A stretch of DNA of 63,974 nucleotides, the filler included, from Octopus bimaculoides (lineage: Eukaryota), in NCBI RefSeq assembly GCF_001194135.2. It is 9 parts of 8 records of this genome, joined end to end, with 100 filler letters (N's around TTAATTAATTAA, not from the genome) between each part and the next. Parts side by side here need not be neighbours in the genome. Positions count along the whole stretch, not along the records: positions 1 to 21,934 come from NC_068983.1; 8 more parts are not named here. One strand, written 5' to 3'. Positions 1 to 12,329 of the stretch are shown here, piece after piece. Within the stretch, counting starts at the first letter, position 1. Each line of letters starts with the position of its first letter. The notes below the pieces were generated by a model, which was not told the origin of the DNA, did not search any database, and worked only from the letters and a program-made list of their open reading frames with translations. Both the position numbers and the translations under genes were made by a program.

Positions 1-342
1 TCAGCAACAGGGAAACACGAAACCGTACTTCTGTTAGTAAATGATGAAATTACTTACATCAGTAAATGTGAGTAAACTTTTAGTGCGAACAGTAACGATT
101 GAAGTTAAAGTGAAGAAAAAACTATGGCTACCGGAAGTTGAGATTGAGGAACATTTTTAAAGAAGTGAATCTTAAATATAAAGCAATATTATTTATCTTA
201 ATAAAAAAAAAATCAAATGAAGAGCCTAAGATTTATCCGAGGTCAAATTATTCCTGCATCACGAGTATGGAAGTAAATAGTGAAGCCGTTTTCACGTGAT
301 AAGCGATTACACACACATCTCTGTTTTATATATAGTATAGAT
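1..342 (-). mobile_element. Non-autonomous Helitron-like element, 5' portion (runs off window start)
   Basis: Minus strand begins TCTATACTATATATAAAACAGAGATGTGTGTG, like the TC-TATA(TA)-AAA plus TG-rich starts at 2468, 5622 and 7079. No 3' end visible. Confidence 0.4.
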
Positions 343-346
343 AGAT

Positions 347-560
347 TACTCTGTTACTTGTTTCAGCCATTTGAGTGTGGCCATGATGGAGTACTGCCTT
401 TTACTTGAAGAAATCGACCCCTGGACTTGTTCTTTGTAAGCCTGGTGCTTATTCCATTGATATCTTCTGCCAAACCGCTAAGTTACAGGGACATAAACAC
501 ACCAACATCAGTTTCTAAGCAATGGTGGTGGTGGTAAGAACAACAAAAAGACACAAATAC
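347..560 (-). mobile_element. tRNA-derived SINE family A, 3' tail portion
   Basis: Reverse complement of the tail of the full copy at 63212-63660 (cagcatggccgcagtcaaatgactgaaacaag-like). Confidence 0.7.
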
Positions 561-607
561 ACATGAGTATATATATGAAAATAAACAATAAGGATATCCA
601 GAGGTAA

Positions 608-694
608 TGTAGTATGATCGTTTCATGTAACTCCATTTGATTGAACAATGTAATCATTACATCAATTTAAAATGCAGAGCAATCCTCAGCTGCA
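608..694 (-). ncRNA. Putative degenerate type I hammerhead ribozyme (left arm of foldback)
   Basis: Minus strand reads TGCAG-CTGAGGA ... GAAAC-GATC-ATA-CTACA: the same architecture with two G-to-A changes. Confidence 0.4.
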
Positions 695-720
695 CAAAGA
701 CATTAAATTCTATGTCTTTG

Positions 721-807
721 TGCAACTGAGGATTGCTCTGCATTTTAAATTTTTGAAATGATTACATTGTTCAATTAAATGGAGTTGCATGAAACGATCG
801 TACTGCA
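721..807 (+). ncRNA. Putative type I hammerhead ribozyme (right arm of foldback)
   Basis: TGCAA-CTGAGGA(726-732) ... GAAAC(791-795)-GATC-GTA(800-802)-CTGCA. Stem I has 4 of 5 pairs; stem III has a palindromic tetraloop. Stem II is weak (TGC/GCA) with a long insert. Confidence 0.5.
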
Positions 808-939
808 TTACCTCTGGATAGCCTTGTTGCTTCTTTTGATTTTAATCACCTTACTTTGAAATTGTATGGATAATACCGTACTAAATTCTGGTTCCTCAAT
901 TTAAGTACCATCTTCATCATCAGCAGCCAGGTGAAATTG

Positions 940-1700
940 TTAATGGCATTTCATGTCTTTATGTTCTGAATTCAAATTCTGCCAAGGTCAACTCTGCCAT
1001 TCATCTTTACGAGGTTGATAAATTCAGTACCAGTGAAACACTGGGGTCGATGTAATTGACTAGTAGCCCCCTCCCACAAAATTTTAGGCTGTGTGCCTAC
1101 AGTAGAAAAGATTACCATCATCATCATCATTATTATTATTATTGAGGCAGTGAAGCTGGCGGGATCAGAGCATTGGGAAAAATGTCTGGCAGCATTATTT
1201 GTTCCAGCTTCTTACATTCTGAGTTCAAATCCTGCCATGATCAGCTTTGCCTTTCATCCTTTCAGGGTTGCTAAAATAAAGTACCAGTCAAGTACTGAGG
1301 TTGATGTAACTGACTAATACCCCACTCTCCCAAATTGTTGGCCTTGTGCTTAAATTAGAAATCATTATTCATCATCATCACCATCAGCAGCATTTAATAT
1401 CTGTTTTCCATGCTGGCATGGATTGGACAATTTGACAGGAGCTTGCAAGATGAAGAGCCAGAACAGGTTCCATAGTTTGTTTTGGCATGATTTCTACAGC
1501 TGGATGCCCTTCCCAATGCCAACCATTTTACAGAGTGTACTGGCTCACTAAGTTCTGAGTTCAAATCATGTCAAGGTCAACTTTGCCTACATCATTTTGG
1601 GGTCACTAAAATAAAGTAGCAGTCAAGCACAGGGATCGGTATAATTGACTTGCCCTTCAAAAATCGCTGGCTTTGTGCCAAATTTAGAAATTATTATAAT
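940..1700. mobile_element. SINE cluster: three family B copies (+; about 940-1100, 1145-1370, 1545-1700) and one family C copy (-; about 1385-1540)
   Basis: Family B shares ttctgagttcaaat (B box) and ctttcatcc..gtcgataaa..agtaccag (Nin/Deu-domain-like). Family C shares ctacagctggatgcccttcc and a (CAT)n tail. Confidence 0.7.
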
Positions 1701-2467
1701 ATTAGCATCCATTTTCCGTACCAACACAGAAAGGCTGATTTCTTTCTCTCCAAATTCCCAAATGGAACAGTTATCTTTACAGTTGTATAACTTTCTGACT
1801 AATAATCATTCAACTTGCTTCAAGTTGAAGCAAGCAAAGTAAAGTACCTCACCCAGGGACACAACGCGATAGCTGCTATAAGGCTTTTTAACTTAAGACC
1901 TTGTGGATGGTATTAAAGCACCTTAACACCATAGACATTATGTTTCTCTCAAATGAATGACAGCTGGATTCAAAACTACTTTCAGGTCAAGTGTTCTGGT
2001 GCATTTCCCAACTATGTTACCAGTTTGAAAATGGAAACTAAAACATCTAACAAGATCACATTTATCTTGTTCTGTTTTAGGTACTACATAGTTGAAATCT
2101 TGGCAAACATCCAGCTTACTAATATGTATATCTTCTTGGTTACTTACAGGAATATTTAACATAAAATCATGAAGTGACTTGTACAAAATGCTCAGATTAT
2201 AAAAAGGCAGACTGTATGTTACTAGATTAATTAGTTCAACAGCAACATGTCATGGATTCAAAATATTATCTTGATTATTAAGAGAACAGGAAAATACTGG
2301 TTCCCTATGTAAACATTTCAAAAACAACAGCAAAAACACAAAGCTAGCAGCAGAAAGAAAATTCAGATGCAATAAATGAAGTATGTAAATATAATCATAT
2401 AAAAAAAAACAGTACAGCTTGCATAATTTTACAGAAACTGCACATGTCAAATACAATGGAATATTTA

Positions 2468-2900
2468 TCTCTATATATTTATAAAGCACAAGATGTGTGT
2501 CTGTCTGTGTGTTTGTCATGTCATTATAACTTGAGATCCACTCAACCAATTTTAAAGAAATTTTACACATGCATTACATAGGGTCCATAGAGTGTTATGG
2601 GCCAAAAACATTTTCAACTTCTTGCCTAATGCAAGCCCAGGGGCAGATAAACCGTATTTTTTAAGCATTTTTGCAGCGTTAAGCCCCGTTACTTGAAGTT
2701 GCTTTCCTCCAAATTTGCAACAAACATTAATCAGGCTCCTCGAATTGCTGTTGACTAAAAAAAAAATTTCCAACGCCGATTATGGGTCCCCACCAAAAAA
2801 TGCAGATTAATCAGATTTGAGTATACTGCACTGGGTTTTATCTTTGTTTTAGGCCATTTTCTGGTGATAAAATATTGACACTACCTATGCATTATAAGTA
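2468..2900 (+). mobile_element. Non-autonomous Helitron-like element (3' boundary uncertain)
   Basis: Starts A|TCTCTATATATTTATAAAG followed by tgtgtgtctgtctg; body similar to 5622-5935 (aaccaatt..aaattttacacatgc..tagggt). Confidence 0.45.
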
Positions 2901-3304
2901 GCGTATAATATTTCAGAAAAACCTTTTAGTTCAATTTGGCAGAGGAAATGAGAACATTAAAATTTTTGTCGGCGCCCTGTTGATGCTTCATGTTATCATC
3001 CCACACACCACCTGGCCATGTGCACGTGTGCACGGCTGGGTAAAGACACAACAAACCCATTTATCCATTATCCAGAAGTGCCCTGTTGATGTTTCATGTT
3101 TCCAATCCTACACAATGCAGCATGGCCCAGCAGCATTTCTGCTTTCTATGTCATCCATGCCCGAACTATATAATGCGAACTGTTCTTACAAAAAAAATAA
3201 ACTGCTATTTGAGTTTGACCGCATGACCACTTCCAGAAGCTACACTCGCCACCTGCAATTAGTACCCCCATGTTCCCTCTCTCATTTAGTCAGGCATATA
3301 AATA

Positions 3305-5364
3305 TAGGGTGTCCCAGAATTAATGATGATTTGAGTGAAATTGGATGCATTTTTTAAAACTCACTTTTATAACTACTATGAAATTTACCAGCAATGCTAC
3401 AACACCACCTTAAGAATAAACGTAACTATGCCTCTCCTGGTCTCGATGGTGTTACATACCTACTTCTCAAACGTGGTGGCTACTTTCTTCTGAACCAACT
3501 TTCATTATTCTTTCAATTCTGTCTTGACAAGGGTGTTACTCCAGAGCAGTGGAAAACTGCCAGTGTTATCCCTCTGTTCAAAAAAGGTGACCGCACATCA
3601 CCTGTCAACTATCGCCCCGTCAGTCTTACTAGCTGCATCCCCAGACTGATGGAATCCAGTGTCAGAGAAACCCTCTGGAACTTCTGGAAGTCTCACAGCC
3701 TCATCCAGCCATCAGAATTTGGATTTATTCCTAATCAACTCATCAAGTTTCTTGAGGACATTACCTGAATCACTGATGGCGGCTCCTGGGTGGATGTTGT
3801 TTACCTGGACATTGCTAAGGCTTTTTAATTCTGTGCCACACAAAAGACTTATGGTGAAACTCTCTGCAATAGGTGAAAGTGATGATCTCTATAACTGGTT
3901 GAAGTCCTTCATTATCATCCGAAAAGAGGTTGTCACAGTTCTAGGACAGCACTCTTGACCCTATGAGATGACATCTGGTGTACCACAGGGATCTGTTCTT
4001 GGCTCCCTTTTATTTGTTGCATATATTAATGATATAGATGCCAACTTAAAGAATGCCACAGTGCTGAAATATGCAGATGACATCAAGCTGTACCTTGAAA
4101 TAAAGAGGACAGTTCCTGTACACTATAGATCTTTATTGCAATCAAGAACTGGACACAATGCAGCAATGGATCATGGACTGGCAACTCAAGATGGCTGTGG
4201 TCAAATGTACCACCATGCATTTTGGGAGAAAAAACCCAGAGTCTACTTACTCCCTCCACAACACTAATCTCAAAAAGTCTTCTTGCGAACGTGACCTGGG
4301 CATTATTGTCGACAGCGATTTGCATTGGACAAAACACATTGTTAAAATTGCCAAGAAGGCTGAGGGTGTCTTGGCATCACTTACCAAGTCCTTTGTGAGC
4401 CGCTCTCTGGCTATCTATCTGAGGCTATAGTGCAGCCTCACCTGGAATTTGCATCACCGGTTTGGAACCCCTATCTTGCTTGGGATATTAATCGTCTGGA
4501 AACCGTTCAGCGATGTGCAACCAAGAGAATACCATCCATCAGGCATTTGCCATATTCTGAACGCTTTACTTCTCTGGGCATGGATACATTGAAACTCCGA
4601 CGCCTAGCAACTGACTTGGCAGACACCCATAAAACTATTAACCATCTTACTAACAATAACTCTGAGCATCTTTTCAAATTCCACCTGTCTAACACCTGTG
4701 GACATGTTTACAAAGTCAGAAAACAGCACAGCTCCCATGACTTTTGGAAACATTTTTTCACGCTAAGAGTTGTTGAAGTATGGAACAAACTGTCAGCATC
4801 AGTTGTTAGTTGTTAGAGCACTGCATTCTTCAAAACTTCCATGCTTCCTGAGATTCGCCAACACTACACCTGATTTTCTCCCCTCCATAGACATGCAAGC
4901 ATGTATTTGACTCATACACTGTTCACTTTCCAGACATTTGTACATAACTGCATATGCTTTATGTGCACTTTTGACAAGTTGTAGTGCACCTGAGCACTGT
5001 ATACAATAATTTCATTATTTATTTATTTATTTATTTATGTTTATCATGTTTAATATGTGTTAAAAGTGTATAAATTTTGAATTTTGTTTATAATTTTATT
5101 TTCATTCCTGTTGGACCCCTCTTATTTGTCCATGACAACTTTTTTTCAATTTGGCAGCAATCATTTAGCTGAGCTTAAAGAACACATTCAGTTAGCAGTG
5201 CAGGAGCTAACTCCTGAAATGCTTCAAAATGTATTTCACAATCCTAAGGAGAGATTCGAAGTATGCAGAGATACAGACATGTTGAAAATTTTCAATAAAA
5301 GTTTGATGTAAGATTTATAAATCTATTTGTTTTGGTAATAAACATAAAATTCTGGAACACCCTG
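3305..5364 (+). mobile_element. Internally deleted Tc1/mariner-superfamily element interrupted by a CR1 LINE
   Basis: Inverted termini TA|TAGGGTGTCCCAGAATT (3303-) and AATTCTGGAACACCCTG|TA (-5366). A transposase C-terminal remnant LAELKEHIQLAVQELTPEMLQNVF..ERFEVC lies within 5084-5311. Confidence 0.65.
3405..5035 (+). pseudogene. 5'-truncated CR1/L2-type LINE; frameshifted reverse transcriptase and C-terminus
   Basis: Motifs SPGLDG, WKTASVIPLFKKGDR..NYRPVSLTS, SGVPQGSVLG, YADD (4070-4081), PHLEFASPVWNPY..LETVQR; split across several frames; (ATTT)n tail at about 5015-5038. Confidence 0.9.
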
Positions 5365-5509
5365 TATGATGTAGCATTGTTAGTTGTTGTGTTGCTTGAG
5401 TAAATATTAAAATCAAAGGTCTTCTTGCCATAAACATCTCATCTTTTTGTTAAGCATATTGTATCAAGGAGTATATTATCCAAAATGTATCTCTCCTTTA
5501 TTGGTGTGG

Positions 5510-5615
5510 CTGTGTGGTTGAGAAGCTTGCTTTCCAACCATGTCACCTTGGGTTCAGTCCCACTGTGTGGCATGTTGGGCAATTCTCTCTTGTTACAGCT
5601 CCATGCTAACTAAAT
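5510..5615 (+). mobile_element. SINE family A head (tRNA-like A/B boxes)
   Basis: tggctgtgtgg ... gggttcagtccc, matching the 63212 copy. Confidence 0.65.
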
Positions 5616-5621
5616 CCTTAT

Positions 5622-5935
5622 CTATATATATAAAAATGAGAATGTGTGTCTGTCTGTCTGTCTGTGTGAATCCCTAAAACTCGAGAACTACGCAACCAAT
5701 TTCATTCAAATTTTACACATGCCTTACTTAGGGTTCCAGTTGTGTTTTAGTCAAAAAAAATTATTAACTTCTTGCAGAGTTCAAGCACACGGCAACATAA
5801 TATCTCCTCCACTATTTAAGTATTACGTGTCAAAAGTGAAACAAAAACACTCATGTCAAATACTTTCACTTTAAAAATGAAACTATTCCACTAACTGAAA
5901 CAATCACATTTCGATACTGTAGTGACAGATACTTT
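5622..5935 (+). mobile_element. Non-autonomous Helitron-like element, 5' portion
   Basis: A|TCTATATATATAAAAATGAGAATGTGTGTCTGTCTG start; similar to the 2468 copy; runs into (AG)n and an N gap. Confidence 0.45.
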
Positions 5936-7078
5936 CACAGAGAGAGAAAGAGAGAAAGAGAAAGAGAGAGAGAGAGAGAGATGTATATGTATACATATAG
6001 ANNNNNNNNNNNNNNNNNNNNNNNNNNNNNNNNNNNNNNNNNNNNNNNNNNNNNNNNNNNNNNNNNNNNNNNNNNNNNNNNNNNNNNNNNNNNNNNNNNN
6101 NNNNNNNNNNNNNNNNNNNNNNNNNNNNNNNNNNNNNNNNNNNNNNNNNNNNNNNNNNNNNNNNNNNNNNNNNNNNNNNNNNNNNNNNNNNNNNNNNNNN
6201 NNNNNNNNNNNNNNNNNNNNNNNNNNNNNNNNNNNNNNNNNNNNNNNNNNNNNNNNNNNNNNNNNNNNNNNNNNNNNNNNNNNNNNNNNNNNNNNNNNNN
6301 NNNNNNNNNNNNNNNNNNNNNNNNNNNNNNNNNNNNNNNNNNNNNNNNNNNNNNNNNNNNNNNNNNNNNNNNNNNNNNNNNNNNNNNNNNNNNNNNNNNN
6401 NNNNNNNNNNNNNNNNNNNNNNNNNNNNNNNNNNNNNNNNNNNNNNNNNNNNNNNNNNNNNNNNNNNNNNNNNNNNNNNNNNNNNNNNNNNNNNNNNNNN
6501 NNNNNNNNNNNNNNNNNNNNNNNNNNNNNNNNNNNNNNNNNNNNNNNNNNNNNNNNNNNNNNNNNNNNNNNNNNNNNNNNNNNNNNNNNNNNNNNNNNNN
6601 NNNNNNNNNNNNNNNNNNNNNNNNNNNNNNNNNNNNNNNNNNNNNNNNNNNNNNNNNNNNNNNNNNNNNNNNNNNNNNNNNNNNNNNNNNNNNNNNNNNN
6701 NNNNNNNNNNNNNNNNNNNNNNNNNNNNNNNNNNNNNNNNNNNNNNNNNNNNNNNNNNNNNNNNNNNNNNNNNNNNNNNNNNNNNNNNNNNNNNNNNNNN
6801 NNNNNNNNNNNNNNNNNNNNNNNNNNNNNNNNNNNNNNNNNNNNNNNNNNNNNNNNNAACTGTATGTTGGCTGCTCAAGAGTGGGCAGCAACAAAAAACC
6901 TATTTGTATATGCTCCACAAGGGAAAACAAGGAACATAGTTTACAATGAGGTGTTATAATCACAACAGCAAGAAAGTATGTACGTGATCACCTTCTTTTA
7001 CGAAACTTCATTGACTTTCATATATTTATATTGATATACATATATATACGTGTGTTTGGGTGCGTGTGTGTATATACA

Positions 7079-7169
7079 TCTCTATATATAAAGATGATGC
7101 GTAGTCTAGACGGCGTTTTTAGATTTCATTATTCTCTTTAACCCGGGCAACGCCGGGTATTTCTGCTAG
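7079..7169 (+). mobile_element. Minimal 91-bp non-autonomous Helitron
   Basis: A|TC 5' end, subterminal hairpin CCCGG-gcaacg-CCGGG, 3' CTAG|T, inserted between A and T. Confidence 0.7.
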
Positions 7170-7710
7170 TGCATTATATAATTGCCATTACTGTATTGAC
7201 ATATAAAATAACACATACAACTCACTTATTATTGTCATATAATAAACAAACAGAAGTTCGTGTGTGAAATTGATCTTTTTTCTATTTCAATTATTACATG
7301 TTTTTTTCTTATAAAATATACACATACAGGAGGAGTAAATCTATATATATATAATAACACTTTGAATGTGGCTCAGATGAAAGAGTAATATCCAATCAAC
7401 AATGAGTATTACTGCTAGTAATTTATAAATTCTGGATCAGGAATTTTAAATTTATAGTCTAAGCATTTCTTTCTGAACAGAGCAATTGAAATGATACTTT
7501 TTATAGTGCATCCCCTCTAATTATGAATAAGACATTATTCAATCCGTAGTTCTTTTGAAAATGATCTTGTGTCCATATTATTCACAAGAGCAGAGTTTCT
7601 TTGTTCAGGATCAAAATATATTTCAATCCCAAACTGTTAAGAAACCACTATAAAAACTAAAATTTAAATTTAAATAAATAAGTGCACATTCTGGGCCATA
7701 TTTAAAAGTA

Positions 7711-7926
7711 TTCCTTTCTACTCTAGGCACAAGGCCTGAAATTTTTGGGAAGGGGGCCAGTCGATTAGATCACCCCCAGTACGCAACTGGTACTTGATTT
7801 ATTGACTCCGAAAGGATGAAAGGCGAAGTCGACCTCGGTGGAATTTGAACTCAGAATGTAAAGACATGAAATACCGCCAAGCATTTCGCCCGGCATGCTA
7901 ATGTTTCTGCTAGCTCACCACCTTAT
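7711..7926 (-). mobile_element. SINE family B, near full length
   Basis: Minus strand: aaggtggtgagctagcagaaac head, ttctgagttcaaattcc B box, ctttcatcctttcggagtcaataaa core. Confidence 0.75.
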
Positions 7927-9312
7927 TTAAAAGTATTAATACAAAAGCTTTGATTCACCAACATTCTTCAGTCCAATTTCAGTCAAGTTGTGCCATCCCT
8001 CTATCATCTATATAAATAGTTACTTGCATTCAATATCCTAAACCAAGAAAGGTTCCACTTAGACTTCAATCTTAAGAGCAACAACATACACAAATAGTAG
8101 GGAAAACTGAGCATTCCTAAAAATATAATAATTTCTTTACTTTGTGAATTTATCTGTGAGTGCACCAACCAAATTCAATCACATAAATCTGTGTATCATA
8201 GTTAGGAAATCAGTCTGAGCCCAGATTTTAACTTTGTTTAGACTCAGATCAGCCCTTATGGAGCAGAACTATAACCAAGGTATGCTATTTTTGACCATTC
8301 CAATTTTTGCTTAAATACACAGGACCCAGGGCAACATTATCTAACAAGTCCTTTTTAAGATTGAGAGTTATTTAAATGACATCTGATTGTAATTTCTAGC
8401 AGACTATCTACATCTGTTGAAAACACAATGAAATCAGATTTCTCAAGATAGCACATTTTTGTGTGTTGGATCCACAAGTTTACCAAGGTTAGTCAGAAGC
8501 TGTTTTTTTAAAAACTATTTTGCCAGAATTATTGATCAATGTTTACCAATTATATTCCTTTTGCTCACACCTGCTCTCACAATTTGTGCTGAAGGAGCCA
8601 ATGAGGAAGTCTCTACATCAAACATAGGCAACCTTTTTTGAGAAATGGATCACAGACATGGCTCATCATCAGACAGGCAACACTACTGAAACCTTCATGT
8701 TAATGTTTTGTTAGGCATGCCATTCAGAGAGCCCTATGGACTGCAGATTGCCCATGACTGCTCTACAGTCACATAACCTGCTAGGAATAGCAACCAAATC
8801 TCAAATTACACTCTAGAATATGACAAGAAAAGGAAGGACACTGGATGATGGAGTCCTTGATGAACAAAAAAATGGGTCAGATATGACTGAAACACCTTTG
8901 ACCATAAGTTTACTCAATAAGGATCGACCTGGAAGTAAACAACATTTGTGCTGGATAAATAGCATGTTTTATCCATATATCAGTTTTAGTGCACATTTAT
9001 TAAGATTGCAACAAATAAATTTGACGCTTAATTGTAATTTCACAAGGAAAGTAATCAAAGTTGAGATATTTTCTGCTCTTTGATTTCCCAATTCTCTGTT
9101 ACCACCTTGTTATATCACCCTTTAATCTGCAGCAGACAGTTGTAATTAAGAACAGAGTCCAGAAATATGAAAATATCTAATTTTGAAGAACCATTTAACG
9201 ATGGTGATATGAAAACCAGTTAATAATTCTTTAAATTAAGAAGACAGAAAAAGGTAACTGATTAGGAAAAAAATAATTTTAAAGGTATTGTACTGAAAAT
9301 ATAAAAACATAC

Positions 9313-9439
9313 GTTTGTTGGTATTTATCAACGCTGTCATCAGCAAATCCTCGATCAAATAGTTGGTTTTCTGGTGACAAAGCATCATCTGCTAAGGCAT
9401 TATTGTTAGAATTGCCATTTTTGTTTACTCCATAGGGGC
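9313..9439 (-). CDS. Coiled-coil gene, visible exon 10 (GPYGVNKNGNS...DKYQQT)
   Basis: ttttatgacag| acceptor, |gtatgt donor; 127 nt open; phase 1 in matches the preceding exon, phase 2 out. Confidence 0.75.
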
Positions 9440-10394
9440 CTGTCATAAAAACCAAAGAAGAAACTTGAATTAAAAAGAGTCAGTGTAAGAGGGAGAGAAA
9501 TATTTTTTATATTCACTGTTCCAGCCAGCATGGGTGAGAGAAGTTTTCAAATATCTACTGCATGTAAGTCATTGAACCAAATAGCTGTGTAGCCCCAGGC
9601 CAATCTTATACTCAGAAAACTCATTATCAAAGGCCTTCAAATGTTGACCACTTTGCCTTTTAAGTTGTACAGGGTGAGTGAAAAGTAACACCCAGTTTCT
9701 GGGAAATCATGCCTTTCTTTGTTGTTTTGCAGGATATTATGGGCTGTTTTGAAAGTTACTAAATCTGGATCATGTATCAAGTTGTTAATACTCTTTGATA
9801 TCCCAACTTGTAAAACAAAAATTAGGAGTCAAAAGTCACTCCCAAATGGGAAGTCATACATATCAATCCTAAAACAGGAATGGAGTGCTACTTTTGACTC
9901 ATAAGAGAGGGACTACCTTATCTTATGTATCCTTTCTTTGTTTAAGATGATAGAATGTAACTAGAGGGAGATTTGATTCCACTTAATCAATCAGTTATTA
10001 AGATTTTTTTAAAATCTTTTCTTTACTCTGGTTTGTCCAGGAGGAAAGGGCTGTACTCGTGGCCTTTGCAGGCTCACTGGGACAGATGAGAGGCAGCTAT
10101 TTTCAACAAGTTTGGCCAAGGCAAATAGGCTTGCTTAAGGAATACAGTACAATGGCTGTAGTCATTGGAAATAAAACAAATAAAAGGGCAAGGAGAAAAG
10201 TAGTAAAGAGACACAGAGAAAATTTCAAGTGGAAGGAGAGATAGGAAGAGTAATACAAGAAAGGAAAGGCAGAAGAAGAAAAATACAAGAGAAAGGAAAG
10301 GCAAAAGAAAAAGAGAAATACAAGCAAAAGGAAATAGAAAAAGAAAAATAATGAATAAAGAGTAAAGAAGGTGATAAAAGGAGTAATAGCTTAC

Positions 10395-11978
10395 CTTGTA
10401 AGAGAGACTGAAGACGCTGTGAAACAGCAAACAATTTATTTAATTTCTTCTTTAGTTTCAGCTGATGAGAAATATCATGGACACAGTCTTCAATCAGTTT
10501 CTCAATATCTGACAAATACAATGCAAGTTGCTTGCTGACATTGTAGCTCTCAGACAGATGCTTCAGCAGTATTACCACTTCTGAGATTGTGCAGTTAGCT
10601 GAAGTCATCATTGATTGTTGTGGGCTTTTTAAGAGTTTACTAGATATTGCAGAATCATTATTAGCAGACAGAAGTAAAGTTTTGCTCTTTCGTGGAGAAG
10701 ATTGTGGAGGAGGTTGGCTGGCATTAAGATCAGTCAAATAACCTGATAAACACTCCTTACCAACACCAGACAGCCGTTGTTCATTCTTATGAACAGCAAG
10801 TTCTGACTGCAAAGAGTTGATTATCTCAAGGTCTCGCTGAATCTGATCATTTAGTTCAGCCACTTGGCTCTTTAGTCTATGTACACTCTCTGTACATGCA
10901 GGTTGTTTACAATGAAAATCCAACTGAGTGTCATTAATTGTTTTAATCTGACCACCACCAGTTATCTTACATGGAGGACAATCTTTGGAAAAGGGTGACT
11001 TTGAATATATACTTTTTTCTGAAGAATTTCGAGGAGATTTCCCAGTTTTCTCAAGAGCTTTTTTGTACCATTCAACCTCATTATTTTGCAGATTAATCAC
11101 AGCATCCATTTCTTTTATTTTATCTTTTAATTGCAAAACTTGAGTTTCTGAATCAAGCGTTTCATCCAATTCTTGGTAAGACTGACTTTTTAAAATGCTT
11201 GTGTTTCGTTCCTTCTTACTTCTTGAACGCCTATGATGTGCAGAGTTTTCTTTGTCAAAGGATAATGAAGGGCTACCTCCAGCAACATAACCAGTTTTCA
11301 TACATCGACAGTATTTTCGATCTTCTCGGAGTTTGCGAATTTCTTTAGCCATGTGGATTATCAACTCTGGTTTAAAAGGTGGCTCTGAAGTATCATCTTG
11401 ACTACTCATGGAAATTTGTTGTTTTAAAATAGAAATAGTGTTGCTGGCTTTGTTTAATTCCATTTTCAAATCAACTACTTCTTTTTTAAGTTGGTTTACA
11501 TCAGGAACATGTTTGGGGTCAATTTCTCCATGATCTACCAGTCCTAGTTTTGTACGAAGTAGTTCATTTTCTTTATTCTTCTTATCAAGAAGTGTTTGTA
11601 AGACATCTAGTTGTAACTGGAAATGTTCCTGCTGCAGTGAGGATTTTGTAAAACTGTTGTTCTGCTGGGACAATGGCTTTTGTTCCGGATAAGATAGAGA
11701 AATGGATGGATTGCCTGAACATGACTGTTCATCTAATATAAATTGCTGAAGACTATGGCTTGTTGCTGGAGTGCTACAAGAGGTTGATCGAGTGCCAGAC
11801 ACCTTGAAATGTGATTTATTACCACTCAGAATAGGTTTAGGTAAACTTGCACCCAATTTTGATAGAGGTTTTGTAGTTTGACCATGCAAGTTAGCTATTT
11901 CCTCACTGCCACTACCATAGGTTTCAGTTGGACTCACATCTTGGGCTATGGACAAAGGCATTACTGGCACACCATTAC
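10395..11978 (-). CDS. Coiled-coil gene, visible exon 9 (1584 nt; Ser-rich linkers and coiled coils)
   Basis: Lies within the 581-aa ORF; tttttatgttacag| acceptor, CAAG|gtaagc donor; phase 1 in and out. Confidence 0.92.
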
Positions 11979-12288
11979 CTGTAACATAAAAAAAAAATAT
12001 TTACAATACTTAATAGTTACTACAAGTGGTGGGTGTTGAAGGAAATAATAAGTAGTGGAGGCTTCACTCCATTGCTATTCTGTATTCTCTTTTTCTTGCA
12101 TGTTTTTCTGCAGTAGGGATGGAATGATGGCTCAGTTTTGTCTGAATTAATACATTCTAGGTATTGAGTAGTCTTTTTTTCTTTTGTACATCTCCCCCAA
12201 ACACATTTGGAATACCAATGGAGGGGGAAATAAAGGAGTAAATGCAGTAGAGTTTATTCATATAAGCTGATGATTCACTTAGTTACAA

Positions 12289-12329
<41 letters not shown>

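Larger units (their letters stand above)
586..909. mobile_element. Foldback element (about 120-bp inverted arms, 586-829) plus unique end (about 838-909); probably Penelope pLTR-derived
   Basis: Arms pair around the 8-nt loop taaattct (cacaaagacat / atgtctttgtg). The unique end recurs as a reverse complement at 39181-39255, next to a shorter foldback of the same sequence. Confidence 0.7.

Noticed and set aside
7500-9240. Candidate terminal exons after 9313 (acceptors near 9128, 8686, 8635 and 7630)
   Set aside because: Several phase-2-compatible options end quickly in stops, none is clearly better, and none encodes a CM2-like motif; left uncalled.
10225-10394. C-terminal tail of the 581-aa ORF (KLLLLLSPSLLF...)
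   Set aside because: Read-through past the CAAG|gtaagc donor into a pyrimidine-rich intron.
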